Assembly (NCBI GenBank): GCA_008632985.1
Contig: QPGO01000035.1
Location: 297,899-361,898, forward strand
Reading direction: 5' to 3'
Origin: Psammoneis japonica
Lineage: Eukaryota
DNA: 64,000 nt
Shown: in pieces, positions 61,936-64,000 of the stretch
How positions within the stretch are numbered: position 1 is the stretch's first letter
Layout: every line of letters starts with the position of its first letter
Made by a program: the position numbers and the translations under genes
The notes under the pieces: model-generated
What the model was told of the DNA's origin: nothing
Database searches by the model: none
Seen by the model: the letters and a program-made list of their open reading frames with translations, nothing else

Positions 61936-64000
61936 CTGGCTGCCGGCAGCAGTGGCAGCACATGCATTGAACACCTCAAAAGACAGTGTGACTCAGTGAC
62001 TCATGACTCATTGGGCACGATGTCAGCCAACAGCCGGTCCCCACCAAAGTCACCCCAGCGGACTTCAGTGGATTGCAGCCATTGATGGGTGCATGAGCTC
62101 CCATCAATGTTGAAGGTGGCCAGCCACAAATTGTTGACGGATGGCAAGATGTGCCATGATGCCATGTCTGACCTCCAAGATGACCCTCTGCTGCTGGCAT
62201 CTTTGACGAGTGTGGGGGCTGCTGCTGCCAAATCTCTCATCAAGGACTTGTGTGTGGGGTGCCAAAGCCAACAAGCGAAAGGAGCTTGCTGGAGCTCTGG
62301 AAGACAACAACACTCACAAGAACCACAGTGCTTCCTCCAAGCTCATCAGCAACCAGGCTCAAGTTGAGATCACAGCCTCGAGATTCTCTCTCTGCGCTCT
62401 CTCTGAGCCCTCTTCTTCTCCAGTTGGCAGAGCAACCCCACCTGCTGTGCCAGAACTTTGCCAATGAGCACAACTGCTTTCATTGTCACCAAACATGCAA
62501 GCCACCAGATGGCCTTCAAGATTCTCTCTGACAAGACACTTGGAACATTTTGCATCAGCCTGGCATGTGTGCCCTGCCACCCATGATCCTTCAGCTTGCA
62601 ACGTGTGTCTTTGCTCTCCCAGCAATGGGGAGCTTGCTTCGCCTGCCATCAAATCCTGCCACAACAGCTCTGCTGGTTTGCCAGATGGGGAAATCAGGGT
62701 GCACAAGACACCAGTCTTTGACCCCTCAGACATTGTTGAGGGTGCACTTTTCCGGCAAGGGAAAAAAAGACTGACAGCATCATCACCAGGCTTGCATCAC
62801 CACCATGACAGCAATGTTGTCAACAACCCAGAGCGTGCTGCAGCAAGTTCATTTGTTTGGTCAATGGCATCAAGTGACTGCACAAAGAGAAGTTCTTGCC
62901 TGCAATGGCATTGTTCATTTGGCAAAGCAAGAAGAAGTTCTGCCACATGTTGTTGCACAAAGGGCTGCCAAAAAAGCCTTGAGGCATCACTTCAACTTGG
63001 GAAGGTTTGAGGTGCAATGCCATGCTTGGGGGTGGGAGAGTGGGGGCTTCATGGCAGAGACTTTTGGCTGTCATCATCAAGGGCAATCTTGTCACATGTG
63101 CCATCTGCTGTGCTGCATGTCCCGTGAGAGTGACCTTCTTGTTGATGCTGAGGGCCAAAAACATTTCCATGCCACTGCAAGAAACCAGAAGAAGCTCCTC
63201 CACATGGCCAACCAAGCTGGGCTGTGGTCCTCCCACACTGTGCCTTGCTGCAAGCATTGTCTTGAAGCCCCTCCTTGGGACCACAAACATGCGCCATGAC
63301 CCTCAACAAGTGTGGCAGCAACTGCAAATGGGGAGAGATGCAGCGGATCTTCAGATGAGCCAACTTGATGAGTGATCTGTCTTCCATGACTGGAGCTGCT
63401 GCAAGGGCTCTAGGAGCATCCCAGCTGGATGCAAGAAGATCTGAGTGCACCTGGTGTGTGTGCAGTGTGCAAAGCACAACAGCACATTGTGGGACATGAC
63501 TTGTGGTGGACATCACAGCATCTGCTCTGGTGGAGCAGCATCTCCTCATGGGCTTTGCCTGGTGATCTTCATGGCCAAGCTCAATGAACTCAAGATTCAG
63601 GCCACCGGCAATGGCAGCGCACCACACCTTAAAGCTGCAGTGAAGAAGAAGTTGCACATTGTTGTGGACCCTGAGTTTGAACAAGAGAGCTTGAGGGTCA
63701 CATCCTTCTCATTGCTCACAAGGCTCTGTGTGGCCTTTGCAGCTCTGGAATCAGGTTGCTTGTGAGTGCTTTCCTGATTGCCTGCATGCTGAAAACACTT
63801 CTTCCCCCATGCCTTTCCAACAAGCCTGACATCTGGACACACAGGCAGGGAGACCTCTGTGAGTGCACTGCAGTCTGTGTCAATGACCTGGATGTGATCA
63901 CTGTGAAGGGTCCCCAGGAATTCATGGATGCTGTGTCAACATGAAGTGCAAACACTCAAGCTCAAGGGCACTGGACCAATTGCGTTGGCACTCCATCTTG
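61936..64000 (+). mobile_element. Ty1/Copia (CoDi-like) pol relic, extremely mutated, continuing beyond the window
   Basis: Remnants GCKKI*VHLVC, KALCGLCSSG, KPDIW..GDLCECTAVCVNDL and KLKGTGPI correspond to the Copia RT motifs GYKKIRVHLVY, KALYGL, YVDDL and KLKGTGP. Confidence 0.85.

Noticed and set aside
61976..63955. Dense overlapping Cys/His-rich ORFs in all six frames (also at 33038-33896, 38574-40292, 45078-45637 and 47527-49347)
   Set aside because: By-product of TpA loss: TAA/TAG stops vanish and TGY/CAY codons accumulate. These are not real metal-binding proteins.

Overview
Gene-dense eukaryotic DNA, most consistent with a pennate diatom. Evidence: short GT-AG introns, bipartite plastid or periplastid presequences, PGRL1, a SELMA-type Derlin, a DUF6824 protein and diatom-like Gypsy/Copia relics. 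About 20 host genes alternate with five repeat-derived islands: ~1-1800, 23224-26838, ~33130-40250, ~45070-49600 and ~61936-64000. The main observation is that these islands have lost TpA dinucleotides, replaced by TpG/CpA. This is A:T->G:C hypermutation, mostly in TAY context, the opposite polarity to fungal RIP. The two 367-bp LTRs of one Gypsy differ at 22 sites by my manual alignment, all in one direction, 21 of them at TpA. Invariant Tyr residues have become Cys/His (Copia YVDD->CVND; WW-domain YYY->HHC). This suggests an apparently undescribed repeat-targeted mutagenic defence, but a base-calling artefact must be excluded first. Other notable items: a two-gene IS630/Tc1-like transposon with DD45E spacing and WW-domain cargo, an NLR-like UVR-CHAT-NTPase-UVR-Macro gene, a bacterial-type PyrB-PyrI fusion, and two unrecognised Cys-repeat proteins. 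Many single-base frameshifts in housekeeping genes suggest an indel-prone assembly. All domain calls are by eye, with no database searches.
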